Assembly: GCF_036370855.1 (NCBI RefSeq)
Contig: NC_088128.1
Coordinates: 292,899-356,898, forward strand
DNA length: 64,000 bases
Source of the DNA: Dromaius novaehollandiae
Taxonomy: Eukaryota
Reading direction: 5' to 3'
Shown: positions 32,790 through 44,324 of the stretch, in pieces
How positions within the stretch are numbered: the stretch's first letter is position 1
How the letters are laid out: each line of letters starts with the position of its first letter
Notes under the pieces: generated by a model
Seen by the model: the letters and a program-made list of their open reading frames with translations, nothing else
Told to the model about the DNA's origin: nothing
Database searches by the model: none
Made by a program: the position numbers and the translations under genes

Positions 32790-33030
32790 GCCCGCCCCGA
32801 CCTCGCCGCCGCGGCCCCGCCAATGGGCGCGCGCCTTGCTGCCGGGCGCCGCCGGCGCGGGCCAATGGGAGCGCGGCTTGCTTGGGGGGCGGGGGGAGGC
32901 GCCGCGGCGGCGAAGGGCAGCGGCGCCTTCTTGAGGGAGGACAGGAGGCGGCCGGGGGGCGGGGCCGCCGAAGCCGCCGCCGCCATCTTGGGTGAGGGAA
33001 GGGGGGGGCTTAAAGGGGCCGCGCGGCTGC
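32790..33030. promoter_or_regulatory. Orphan promoter-like unique island (twin CCAAT boxes, GC boxes, YY1 core, TTAAAG box)
   Basis: gccaatggg occurs at 32818 and 32862. gccgccgccatcttgg|gtgaggg lies at 32975-32996. Read on the plus strand it is a donor-like GTGAGG. Read on the minus strand it is caagATGGCGGCGGC, a YY1-type initiator opening the ORF MAAAASAAPPPGRLLSSLKK. The 16-mer gcttaaaggggccgcg at 33008-33023 is identical to the one at the ALDOA 5' end (63938-63953). Confidence 0.4.
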
Positions 33031-33730
33031 CTTAGCGACCGCCCCTAGCGACCGCCCCTAGCAACCCGCCATAGCAACCAGCCCCTAACAACCGGCTCCC
33101 TAGCAACCTGCCATAGCAACCGCCCCTAGCAACTGACAACCTAACAACCGGCCCCCTAGCAACCCACCATAGCAACGGCCCCAGCAACCGGCACTGTAAC
33201 AACCGGCCCCTAGCAGCCCGCCATAGCAACCGCCCCTAGCAACTGACAACCTAACAACCGGCCCCTAGCAACCCGCCATAGCAACCCACCATAGCAACCG
33301 CCCCTAGCAACCGGCACTGTAACAACTGGACCCCTAGCAACCCGCCATAGCAACCATCCCCGTAACAACCGGACCCCTAGCAACCGGCCACAGCAACTGC
33401 CGTTAGCAACCGGCACCGTAACAACTGGACCCCTAGCAACCCTAACCGTTACAACCAGCCCCTAACAAACGGCCCCTAGCAACCATCTCCCTAGCAACCA
33501 CCCCTAGCAACCAGTACCATAACAACCAGACCCCTAGCAACCGCCCCTAACAACCAGCACCGTAACAACCGGACCCCTAGCAACCCGCTGTTACAATCAG
33601 CCCCTAATAACCAGCCCCTAGCAACCTGCCATAGCAACCAGCCCCTAGCAACAGGCCCCTAGCAACCAGCCCCATCAACCGGCCCCTAGCAACCATCTCT
33701 CTTAGCAACCAGCCCCTAGCAACCGTCCCT
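33030..33730. repeat. Array with a unit of about 14 bp (ccctagcaaccggc / ccatagcaacc)
   Basis: tagcaacc is repeated more than 40 times. Confidence 0.85.
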
Positions 33731-35640
33731 ATACGCCCCGAGGCCCCTATAGCCCCCCCAGGACCCCCTGCTGCCCCTGTGCAGCCCTGGGCCTCCACAC
33801 AACCCCCCGACCCCCTACAGCCCCGCACAACACCCCCCTATAGACCCCCTATAGGGGTTCTGCCATGCTCTGCACCCCCCCATAACTCCCAATAGGGCTG
33901 TATAGCCCTCTGCAGCCCCCCGTAACCCCCTATAGCGCCTATAGGGATTCTATAACCCCCTACAGCCCCCCCACAAGCCCCTATATGCTGCCTGCAATGC
34001 CTATAGGCCCCTGATAACTTCCCTGTAGGCTCCTGAGACTCCTATATATCTTCCCGTGACCCCCTACAGCCCCCATACATCCCTTTACAGCCCCCTAAGT
34101 CCCTACGGTTCTCCTCCATAGTCCTCCATACAGTTGCTACACAGTCAGATCTCCTACCGCCACCCCCACCCGGCCCTGTCACCGTCTATAGACTCTATAA
34201 TCCCCAGGAACTTCTATAAGCTCCCTATGATTCCCTGTAGTCCCTGTGCATCTCTTATAGGCTCTCTATAAATATCCATAGTTATGCTATAACTTCCATA
34301 TGGGCCCTGTACAGCTCCTATAGGGCACGTGAAATGCTCCTCTCCTCCCCTTAACCCCCTATAGCCTCTATACAGCCCCTACAGGCCCCCTTTGGCTTGC
34401 TATGGCCCCCCTATAGCCCCTACACACCCGTAGAGGGTCGTTAAAACACCCCTATGGCCTTCTAGAGTCCCTATAGACTGCATATAGGCTGCCTGTACTC
34501 ATCTGCCGCCCCTGTGCGGCCCCCTATAACACCCATAGGCCCCCCCATACGCCTCCTATAGCCCCCTATACACCCCCGACAGCTCCCTGGAGCCCTCAGA
34601 AAGCCCCTATACAGCCCTTATGGGGCCCCTAAAAGCTCCCATAGCCCCTCTACACCCCCTATAGGCCCCCTACAGCCCCACATGGCCCCTATACAGCCCC
34701 CTATAGCTCCCCAGAGACCCCCTATGGGTCCCCTATAACCCCCTCTAGCCCCTATACAGCTCCCTATAGACCCCGGCACCCCCTATGGGTCCCCTATGAA
34801 CCCGCTTAGTCCCTGTACAGCCCTCTATAGCTCCCCAGAAGCCCCCTATGGGTCCCCTATAACCCCCCTAGCCCCTATACAGCCCCCTATAGCCCCCCCA
34901 GAGGCCCCCAATAAACCTCCCTAGCCCCTATACAGCCCCCAAGAGGCCCCTTTGGGTCCCCTATAAACTCCCCTAGCCCCTATACAGCCCCCTATAGCCC
35001 CTGGTACCCGCTATGGGTCCTCTATAACCCCCCCAGCCCCTCTACAGCCTCCTGCAGCCCCCCAGAGGACCCCTATAGCCCCTAGGCACCCCTATGGGTC
35101 ACCTATAAACCTCTCTAGCCACTATACAGCCCCCTGTAGCCCCCCAGAGGCCCCCTATAGCCCCTATGCAACTCTACGGGTCCCCTATAAACCTCTCTAG
35201 CCCCTATACAGCCCCCTATAGCCCCTCAGAGGCTCCTAGGGGTCCCCTGTAACCCCCCCAGCCCCTATACAGCCCCTGGCACCCCCTCTGGGTGCCCTAT
35301 ACAGCCCCCTATAGCCCCCCAGAAGTCCCCTATAGCCCCTGGGACCCCCATGGGTCCCCTATGAACCCCCCCTACCCCCCATACAACCCCTATAGCCCCC
35401 CCAGAGGCCTCCTATAGCCCCCCCAGAGCCCCTATGGGTCCCCTATAACCCCCCAGCCCCTATACAGCCCCCTATAGCCCCCCCAGAGGCCTCCTATAGC
35501 CCCCCCAGAGCCCCTATGGGTCCCCTATAACCCCCCAGCCCCTATACAGCCCCCTATAGCCCCCCCAGAGCCCCTATGGGTCCCCTACAGCCCCCCAGAG
35601 GCCCCTATAGAGCCCCCCCATAGCCCCCCCCCCCGGCCCC
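33730..35640. repeat. Array based on cccctatacagccccctatagcccc, about 60-110 bp, with a more AT-rich degenerate core from 34080 to 34330
   Basis: ccctata(c/g)agcc motifs run throughout. TATAAATA at about 34265 lies inside a degenerate copy of this repeat. Confidence 0.8.
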
Positions 35641-35870
35641 TCTAGGACCCAGGGAGAGGCCACGGCAGTGGGCGGGGCCACAGCCCCCCCACCCCTCCCA
35701 TTGGCTCCTGCCTCCCACCAATGAGGGGGCTACAGGGGCGGGGCCTGGGGAGGCAGGCCAGGACGCTGGGGGGCGGGGCTAAGGGGCAGGGGGCGGGGCT
35801 TGGGGAGGGGGCGGGGCCAGGGCAGCCCGAACACCTGGGTCCCTTCGGGGGGGGGGGGGGACAGCGACTC
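35640..35870. promoter_or_regulatory. GC-box / CCAAT cluster, unique sequence
   Basis: cccattggctcc and caccaatgag form inverted CCAAT boxes at 35697-35730. Five or more gggcgggg Sp1-type boxes lie between 35735 and 35820. Confidence 0.4.
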
Positions 35871-35874
35871 CCAT

Positions 35875-36010
35875 TTCTGTGCTTTTTTTTTGCTGTTTTT
35901 ATTACAATTTTGCGGATTTTTGCGGTTTTTTTTTCCCTCTTTTTTTCTTTTTTTTTTTTTTATCTAAAAGGAGCAGAAAGAGCGTCCGGAAAACAAAAAC
36001 GTACGGAACC
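35875..36010 (-). terminator. PPP4C: The only AT-rich tract in the region, carrying a minus-strand AATAAA; candidate 3' end of the PPP4C transcript
   Basis: The plus strand reads ctttttttttgctgtttttattacaattttgcgg. The minus strand therefore carries AATAAA at 35903..35898, followed by an A-rich run. It is the first AATAAA on the minus strand downstream of the PPP4C stop at 37336. Confidence 0.35.
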
Positions 36011-36059
36011 CCAAAACCCCCCGGTTTCACCCCAAAACGCGCGCCGGGGGGGGAGGGGG

Positions 36060-37310
36060 CTCACGCGGGTCCCCCGGGGGACGACACGGGAGGGGACACG
36101 CGTGACCCCGGGGGACACGGGAGGGTCACATGTGTCCCCAAGTGACATGGAGGGGACACGCGTGACCCCGGGGGACACGGGAGGGTCACATGTGTCCCCA
36201 AGTGACATGGAGGGGACACGTGTGACCCCAGGGGACACGGGAGGGTCACATGTGTCCCCAAGTGACATGGAGGGGACACGTGTGACCCCGGGGGACACGG
36301 GAGGGTCACATGTGTCCCCAAGTGACATGGAGGGGACACGCGTGACCCCGGGGGACACGGGAGGGGACACGCGTGACCCCGGGGGACGACATGGGAGGGG
36401 ACACGCGTGTCCTCAGGCAATATGAGAGGGTAACGCGTGTCCCCAAGTGACATGGGAGGGGACACGTGTCCCCCAAGCAACATGGGATGGGACACGCGTG
36501 ACCCAGAGCAACACGGGAGGGGACACGCATGTCCCCAGGCGACACAGGAGGAGACACGCGTGTCCCTGGGTGACATGGGAGGGGACACATGTGTCCCTGG
36601 GCGACACGGGAGGGGACACACATCCCCAGGCAACACGGGACAGGACACGTGTGACCCTGGGGGATGACACAGGAAGGGACACGTGTGTCCCAGAGTGACA
36701 CGGGAGGGGACACGTGTGTCCCCAGGCTACAGGAAAGGGTCATACGTGTCCCTGGGTGACACGGCATGGGCCACACGTGTCCCCAGGGTGACATGGGAGG
36801 GGACACACGCATCCCCAGGCGACATGAGAGGGTCACACGTGTCCCTGGGCAACACGGGAGGGGACACACGTGTCCCTGGGCCATTTCAGAGGGCCACACG
36901 TGTCCCCAGAGCGACATGGGAGGGGACACGTGTGTCCTGAGGCAACACAGGAGGGGCCACACGTGTCCCCGGGAGACATGAGAGGGCCACACGTGTCCCC
37001 TGAGCAACCCAGCACGGGCCACACGTGTCACAGGGCGACGTGGCCCGGCCCACGCGTGTCCCAGGGCAACATGGCACGTGCCATGCGTGTCCCCAGGCAA
37101 CACAGCATGGCCCACGCGTGTCCCCGGGTGACGTGGCACGCGCCACGCGTGTCCGAGGCTGATGTGGCCCGGCCCACGCGTGTCCCCACACCCCAGGGAG
37201 GACCCAGGTGCCTCCGTGGGGCAACGCGGTGGCAGGCCACGAGCCGGGGCGCCGTCAGGCCACGCGTGTGGGTGCCACCGGGCCACGGGTGGGCGGGCGT
37301 CACGCGTGGG
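36060..37310. repeat. Minisatellite with a 60-bp unit (gggggacacgggagggtcacatgtgtccccaagtgacatggaggggacacgcgtgacccc), degenerating towards 37300
   Basis: The period from 36061 through 36361 is exactly 60 bp. The array lies between the PPP4C stop and the AATAAA at 35900. Confidence 0.85.
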
Positions 37311-37335
37311 CGGGCGTCACGCGTGGGCGGGCGGC

Positions 37336-37465
37336 TCACAGGAAGTAGTCGGCCACGGGCTTCTTGGAGGGGATGCCCCGGGTCTCCTGCGGCGCCGCCT
37401 CGAAGATGATGAACTCCTTCTGCAGGTGCTCGTCCAGCTCCAAGATGGCCGCCACGTTGCCGCAC
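37336..37465 (-). CDS. PPP4C: PPP4C last coding exon, including the stop codon
   Basis: Translation is (R)[42 protein letters not shown]. Apart from one residue it is identical to the human PPP4C C-terminus (…[27 protein letters not shown]). The stop TGA is at 37338..37336. Acceptor is ccggcag at 37466. Confidence 0.9.
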
Positions 37466-37479
37466 CTGCCGGGGGGGGG

Positions 37480-39960
37480 ACGGGTGACGGGGACGCCGAC
37501 GGGTCCCCACCGCGCGGTTGTGTCACCCGGTTGAGTGGCCCTGGTCGTGTCGCCCGATCGCTGGCCTTGGTCGTGTCACCCGACCCTGGTCATGTCAACC
37601 GGTTGAGTGGCCTTGGTCATGTCACCCGATCACGTCACCCAATCGAGTGGTCTCAGTCACGTCACCCGATCCCTGGTCTTGGTCGTGTCACCCGACCCTG
37701 GTCATGTCAACCGGTTGAGTGGCCTTGGTCGTGTCACCCAATCACGTCACCCAATCGAGTGGTCTCAGTCACGTCACCCGATCCCTGGTCTTGGTCGTGT
37801 CACCCGACCCTGGTCATGTCACCTGGTTGACTGGTCTGGGTCATGTCACCCAATCCCTGGCCTTGATCATGTCACCCAGACCTGCTCACGTCAACCGGTT
37901 GACTGGTCTTGGTCATGACACCCAAACATGTCACCCAATTGAGTGGTCTGGGTCGTGTCACCCAATCCCTGGCCTTGATCATGTCACCCAATCCTGGTCA
38001 TGTCACCCGGTTGAGTGGTCTGGGTCATGTCACCTGATCCTGGTCACGTCACCCAGTTGAGTGGCCTCAGTCATGTCACCTGATGCCTGGCCTTGGTCGT
38101 GTCACCCGACCCTGGTCATGTCACTCGGTTGAGTGGTCTGGGTCATGTCACCTGATCCTGGTCACGTCACCCAGTTGAGTGGCCTCAGTCATGTCACCTG
38201 ATGCCTGGCCTTGGTCGTGTCACCCAACCCTGGTCATGTCACCCAATCCCTGGCCTTGATCATGTCACCCAGACCTGCTCACGTCAACCGGTTGACTGGT
38301 CTTGGTCATGACACCCAAACATGTCACCCGATTGAGTGGTCTGGGTCGTGTCACCCAATCCCTGGCCTTGGTCATGTCACCCAGTCCTGGTCATGTCACC
38401 CGGTTGAGTGGTCTGGGTCATGTCACCTGATCCTGGTCACGTCACCCAGTTGAGTGGCCTCAGTCATGTCACCTGATCCCTGGCCTTGGTCGTGTCACCC
38501 AACCCTGGTCATGTCACCCAATCCCTGGCCTTGGTCATGTCACCCGACTCCGGTCATGTCACCTGGTTGACTGGTCTCGGTCATGTCACCCGATGCTGGG
38601 CCTGTCACCCGCTCCCTGGCCTTAGTCATGTCACCTGATCTTGGTCACGTCACCCAATCCCTGGCCTTAGTCATGTCACCCAACCCTGGTCCTGTCACCC
38701 AGTTGAGTGGTCTGGTCATGTCACCCGATCTGTGGCCTTTGTCATGTCACCCAATCCATGTCCCTGGAGCCCAGTCACGTCCCCAAGCCCTGGTGGCATC
38801 TCAGATCCCTGTCCTTGGTCACGTTATCCAATCCCACCCTTGGTCATGTCCCCTGATCCCCGGTGACATTTCAGAGCCCTGTCCTTGATCACGTCCCCCA
38901 ATCCCTGGTGACATCCGAGATCCCTGTCCTTGGTCACGTCCCTCGATCCCACTTTTGGTCACGTCCCCTGATCCCTGGTGGCATCTCAGAGCCCCATCCT
39001 CGGTCACGTCCCCCAATCCCACCCTTGGTGACGTCCCTGATCCCTGGTGGCATCTCAGAGCCCTGTCCTGGGTCACGTCCCCCAATCCCACCCTTGGTGA
39101 CATCCACGAGCCCTGGTGGCATCTCAGAGCCCCGTCCTTGGTGACGTCCCCCAATCCCACCCTTGGTGACGTCCCCAAGCCCTGGTGACATCTCAGAGCC
39201 CCGTCCTTGGTCACGTCCCCCAATCCCACCCTCGGTGACGTCCCCAAGCCCAGGTGACATCTCAGAGCCCCGTCCTTGGTCACGTTCCCTCATCCCTGGT
39301 GACATCCGAGATCCCTGTCCTTGGTCATGTCCCTCGATCTGACCCTCAGTGACGTCCCCGAGCCCAGGTGACATCTCAGGGCCCCGTCCTTGGTCACGTC
39401 CCCCGATCCCACCCTCGGTGACGTCCCCAAGCCCAGGTGACATCTCAGAGCCCCGTCCTTGGTCACGTCCCCCAATCCCACCCTCGGTGACGTCCCCAAG
39501 CCCAGGTGACATCTCAGAGCCCCATCCTTGGTCACGTCCCCCAATCCCACCCTCGGTGACGTCCCCAAGCCCAGGTGACATCTCAGAGCCCCGTCCTTGG
39601 TCACGTTCCCTCATCCCTGGTGACATCCGAGATCCCTGTCCTTGGTCATGTCCCTCGATCTGACCCTCGGTGACGTCCCCGAGCCCAGGTGACATCTCAG
39701 GGCCCCGTCCTTGGTCACGTTCCCTCATCCCTGGTGACATCCGAGATCCCTGTCCTTGGTCATGTCCCTCGATCTGACCCTCAGTGACGTCCCCAAGCCC
39801 AGGTGACATCTCAGGGCCCCGTCCTTGGTCACGTCCCCCGATCCCACCCTCGGTGACGTCACCTGATCCCACCCTTGGTCACGTCCCCTCACCCCTGGTG
39901 ACATCCCAGATCCCCGTCCTCGCTCACATCCCCCAACCCCGCCCCTCGGGGTGACATCCC
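37480..39960. repeat. Two arrays in a PPP4C intron
   Basis: From 37480 to 38760 the unit is about 110 bp (gtcacccgatccctggccttggtcgtgtcacccgaccctggtcatgtcaaccggttgagtggcc). From 38760 to 39960 the unit is 60 bp (ccttggtcacgtcccccaatcccaccctcggtgacgtccccaagcccaggtgacatctcagagccccgt). Confidence 0.85.
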
Positions 39961-40030
39961 CGAGCCCCGGTGCCACCGCCGCCACCCCCCGCGTGTCCCC
40001 ACGTGTCCCCGCGTGTCCCCGCGCCCTCAC

Positions 40031-40220
40031 CGGTAGCAGTAGTTGGGGGCCGACCAGACGGTGAGGACGGTCTCGCCGAAGTGCCACTTGTAGCCCTCCA
40101 TGACGAGCTGGTGGGCGCGGCAGATCATGTCGATGTCGTTGGCCGCGTTGAACTGGGCCACCACGTCGCTGCCGAAGAGGTACCCGGCGCCCCGCGGGGA
40201 CACGCCCCAGCCCGTGGTGT
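40031..40220 (-). CDS. PPP4C: PPP4C coding exon
   Basis: Translation is (D)[62 protein letters not shown](R). Apart from one residue it is identical to human PPP4C. Acceptor is cgcggcag and donor is CG|gtgaggg. Confidence 0.9.
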
Positions 40221-40229
40221 CTGCCGCGC

Positions 40230-42000
40230 GGGGCACACGCGTGTCAGGGACGCGGGGACAGGCCGTGGGGGGTCCCACACGCGTGGCAGGGCCCCGACAC
40301 CGCGAGAACCACCGTGGTGGGTCCCGTGCGCACGTCAACGTCCCACAACCACAAGACCAACCCGTGGTGGGTCCCGTGCGCACGTCAACACCACGTGGAT
40401 GCAGGAACCGGTCCCACACGCGTGTCAGGGACGCGGGGACAGGCCGTGGGGGGTCCCACACGCGTGGCAGAGCCCCACAACCGCGAGAACCACCGTGGTG
40501 GGTCCCGTGCGCACGTCAACGTCCCACAACCACAAGACCAACCCGTGGTGGGTCCCGTGCGCACGTCAACGCCACGTGGATGCAGGAACCGGTCCCACAC
40601 GCGTGTCAGGGACACGGGGACAGGCCGTGGGGGGTCCCACACGTGGGGCAGGGCTCCGACACCGCGAGAACCACCGTGGTGGGTCCCACGCGCACATCAA
40701 CGTCCCACAACCACAAGACCAACCCGTGGTGGGTCCCGCGCGCACGTCAACGCCACGTGGATGCAGGAACCGGTCCCACACGCGTGTCAGGGACGCGGGG
40801 ACAGGCCGTGGGGGGTCCCACACGCGTGGCAGGGCCCCGACACCGCGAGAACAACCGTGGTGGGTCCCGTGCGCACGTCAACGTCCCACAACCACAAGAC
40901 CAACCCGTGGTGGGTCCCGTGCGCACGTCAACGTCCCACAACCACAAGACCAACCCGTGGTGGGTCCCATGCGCACGTCAACGTCCCACAACCACAAGAC
41001 CAACCCGTGGTGGGTCCCGCGCGCACGTCAACGCCCCGTGGATGCAGGAACCGGTCCCACACGCGTGTCAGGGACGCGGGGACAGGCCGTGGGGGGTCCC
41101 ACACGCGTGGCAGGGCCCCGACACCGCGAGAACCACCGTGGTGGGTCCCACGCGCACGTCAACGTCCCACAACCACAAGACCAACCCGTGGTGGGTCCCG
41201 CGCGCACGTCAACGCCACGTGGATGCAGGAACCGGTCCCACACGCGTGTCAGGGACGCGGGGACAGGCCGTGGGGGGTCCCATACGCGTGGCAGGGCCCC
41301 GACACCGCGAGAACCACCGTGGTGGGTCCCACGCGCACGTCAACACCACGTGGACGTGGGAACCGGCCCGCGGTGGGTCCCACATGCGTGTCAGGGCCAC
41401 GTGACCATGGGAACTGGTCGTGGTGGGTCCCACACGTGTGTCAGGGCCACATGGTCATGGGAACCAGTCATGGGGGGTCCCACACGCGTGTCAGGGCCCA
41501 ACACTGTGAGAACCACCGTGGTGGGTCCCATGCACACGTCAACACCACGTGGACGTGGGAACCAGCCCGTGGTAGGTCCCACACGCGTGTCAGGGCCACG
41601 TGACCATGGGAACTGGTCGTGGTGGGTCCTGCACGCGTGTCAGGGCCACGTGACCACGGGAACCGGTCATGGTGGGTCCCACACGTGTGTCAGGGACACG
41701 GGGACAGGTCGTGGGGCGGTCCCACACGCGGGGCAAGGCTCCACCACCATGAGAACAACCCGTGGTGGGTCCCACACGCGTGTCAGGGCCACGTGGACAC
41801 GGGAACTGGCCTGTGGGGGGGTCCCACACGCGTGTCAGCACCACGTGGCCACGGGAACCAGCCCACATTGCGTCCCACACGCGTGACACAGGCGTGTCCA
41901 GGCCATATAACCCAACCCGTGGCGTCCCCCACCCGCGTGGCAGCACCCAGGGCCTCGGGGACGTCCCGCGTGCCCGTGGCGTGTCGGTGGCGTGTGCGTG
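40230..42000. repeat. Tandem array with a 181-bp unit in a PPP4C intron
   Basis: The unit is gggtcccgtgcgcacgtcaac...ggatgcaggaaccggtcccacacgcgtgtcagggacgcggggacaggccgtggggggtcccacacgcgtggcagggccccgacaccgcgagaaccaccgtggtg. The ORF-track offsets 40385, 40566 and 40747 confirm the 181-bp period. Confidence 0.85.
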
Positions 42001-42017
42001 GCGTGTGCGTGTCCTAC

Positions 42018-42144
42018 CTTCGGGGTCGGACCAGAGCAGGTCGCACATGGGGCCGTCGTGGGGCACCTCCTGCTTGCGGTCGATGGTGCGGATCTGGTCC
42101 AGCGTCTGGATGGAGGGCGAGAGGCCCCCGTGCACGCAGAAGAT
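42018..42144 (-). CDS. PPP4C: PPP4C coding exon
   Basis: Translation is [42 protein letters not shown](D). It is identical to human PPP4C. Acceptor is ggcgcag and donor is G|gtaggac. Confidence 0.9.
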
Positions 42145-42169
42145 CTGCGCCACACGCGTGCCCTTAGCG

Positions 42170-43235
42170 TGTGCTTGGCGTGTGCTTGGCGTGTGTAGCA
42201 CGCCCAGCCCCCAGGAGTGACGTGGCGCGACCCAAACGCCTTCAGGCAACACGGATGGACACGGGGAGGCACTGGGAGCCATGGCGGGACACACAACACG
42301 CATGTGCTTAGCATGTGCTTAGCGTGTGCAGCCCCCCAGGAGCGATGTGACGTGACCCAAACACCTCAGGGCAACACGGATGGACAGGGGGAGGCGCCAG
42401 GGGCCACGGTGGGACACACAACATGCATGTGCTTAGCATGTGCTGCACGCCCGGCCCCCCAGCAGCGACACGGCACGACCCAAACACCTCGGGGCAACAC
42501 GGATGGACACGGGGAGGCACCGGGAGCCATGGCAGGACACAACATCCATGTACTTAGCATGTGCTTAGCATGTGCTGCACGCCCAGCCCCCCAGGAGTGA
42601 CATGGCGTGACCCAAACACCTCCAGGCAATACGGATAGACACGGGGAAGCACTGGGAGCCATGGCGGGACACACAACACCCGTGTGCTTAGCGTGTGCTT
42701 AGCGTGTGCTGCACGCCTGGCCCCCCAGGAGCAACACGGCGCAACCCAAATGTCTCGGGGCAACATGGATGGACACGGGGAGGCATCAGGGGTCATGGCA
42801 GGACATGCAACACCCATGAACTTAGCGTGTGCTCAGCATGTGCAGCCCCCAAAAGTGACGTGGCGTGACGCAGACACCTCAGGGCAACACAGATGGACAC
42901 AGGGCAACACCAGGGGCCACGGCGGGACATGTAACACCCATGACCTTAACATGCGCTTAGCGTGTGCTTGGCATGTGCGGCACACGCAGGCCCCAGGAGT
43001 GACCCAAACGCCTCTGGGCAGCCCGGATGGACACAGGGGGGCACCAGGGGCCACGGCAGGACACGCAACCCCCCGGCGCTTAGTGTGTGCTTAGCATGTG
43101 CTTAGCATGTGCAGCCCCCAGAAGCGATGCAGCGCTACCCAAACGCCTCGGGGCAACACGGATGGACACAGGGAGCTGCCGGGGGCCACGGGGGGGACAC
43201 GCAACACCCGTGCGCTTAGCGTGTGCTTGGCGTGC
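42170..43235. repeat. Tandem array with a unit of about 120 bp (cgtgtgcttagcgtgtgctgcacgcc...gggcaacacggatggacacggggaggcac)
   Basis: The period runs 42296, 42417, 42536 and onward. Confidence 0.8.
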
Positions 43236-43242
43236 GGCCCAC

Positions 43243-43416
43243 CTTGCCGTCGATGATGGCGGAGAGGCTGAGGTAGTCGAAGATCTCGGTGCAGTAGCGC
43301 CAGACGGTGACGGAGCCGTACTTGCGCAGACACTCGTCGTAGAAGCCGTACACCTGCGTGATCTGCCGGCTCTCGTGGTTGCCCCGGATCAGCGTGATGC
43401 GGTCGGGGTAGCGCAC
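43243..43416 (-). CDS. PPP4C: PPP4C coding exon (metallophosphatase core, GNHE motif)
   Basis: Translation is [58 protein letters not shown]. It is identical to human PPP4C. Acceptor is gccgcag and donor is AAG|gtgggccgc. Confidence 0.9.
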
Positions 43417-43424
43417 CTGCGGCG

Positions 43425-44210
43425 CCGCACGCCTGGGTCCTCCCGGACGCCTGGGTCCTCCCGGACGCCTGGGCCCCGACTCCTCTCGCCCTCCCGGACG
43501 CCTGGGCCCTGACCCCTCTCGCCCTCCTGCATGTCTGGGTCCTCCCGCACGCCTGGGCCCCGACCCCGGACGCCTGGGCCCCCAGTGTTGTCCTCCCGGA
43601 CGCCTGGGCCCCTTCTCCTCTCGCCCTCCTGGACGCCTGGGCCCCTTCTCCTCTCGCCCTCCCGGACGCCTGGGCCCCTTCTCCTCTCGCCCTCCCGGAC
43701 GCCTGGGCCCCTTCTCCTCTCGCCCTCCCGGACGCCTGTGCCCCTTCTCCTCTCGCTCTCCCGGACGTCTGGGCCCCTTCTCCTCTCGCCCTCCCGGACG
43801 CCTGGGCCCCTTCTCCTCTCGCCCTCCCGGACGCCTGGGCCCCTTCTCCTCTCGCCCTCCCGGACGCCTGGGCCCCTTCTCCCAGACACCTGAGCCCCCT
43901 CTTGCCCCCCCTCCCCCGGCTGCCTGGGCCCCTCTCCCGGACGCCTGGGCCCTTTCTCTCCCTGGACACTTGGTGCCCACCTGGACGCCTGGGCCCCTCC
44001 CCTCGTCCTCCCGGATGCCTGGGCCCTCCATGGACACCTGGGTCCCTTCTCCCCCCGGACGCTTGGTGCCCACCTGGACGCCTGGGCCCCCTCTCCCGGA
44101 CGCCTGGGCCCCCTCTCACCCCGCCTGGCCGCCTGGGCCCCTCCCCTCGCCCTCCCGGACGCCTGGGCCCCCTCCCCCGGACGCCTGGGCCCCCTCCCCC
44201 GGACGCCTGG
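43425..44210. repeat. Minisatellite with a 33-bp unit (ccttctcctctcgccctcccggacgcctgggcc), a member of the CCGGACGCCTGGGCCC family
   Basis: About 20 copies are present. The core ccggacgcctgggccc also occurs at 47625-48885 and, reverse-complemented, at 61585-62340. Confidence 0.85.
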
Positions 44211-44216
44211 GCCCAC

Positions 44217-44318
44217 CTTGAGGGCGAGGAGCAGCAGGAAGGTCTCGACGCTGTAGAAGCCCCGGTCCACGAAGTCGCCCATGAACAGGTAGTTGGTCTC
44301 GGGGACGTCGCCCCCCAC
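44217..44318 (-). CDS. PPP4C: PPP4C coding exon (GDxVDRG motif)
   Basis: Translation is [34 protein letters not shown]. It is identical to human PPP4C. Acceptor is ccccccag and donor is AAG|gtgggc. Confidence 0.9.
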
Positions 44319-44324
44319 CTGGGG

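Noticed and set aside
34255-34285. A TATAAATA box at about 34265.
   Set aside because: The motif lies inside a degenerate, AT-enriched copy of the ccctatagcc repeat. The tata comes from the repeat motif itself, and no CpG island or exon follows.
31200-35640. A protein-coding gene between SRCAP and PPP4C.
   Set aside because: None of the translations of unique sub-segments resembles TBX6, YPEL3, MAPK3, FBRS or any other protein I recognise. Only promoter-like islands are reported, as findings.
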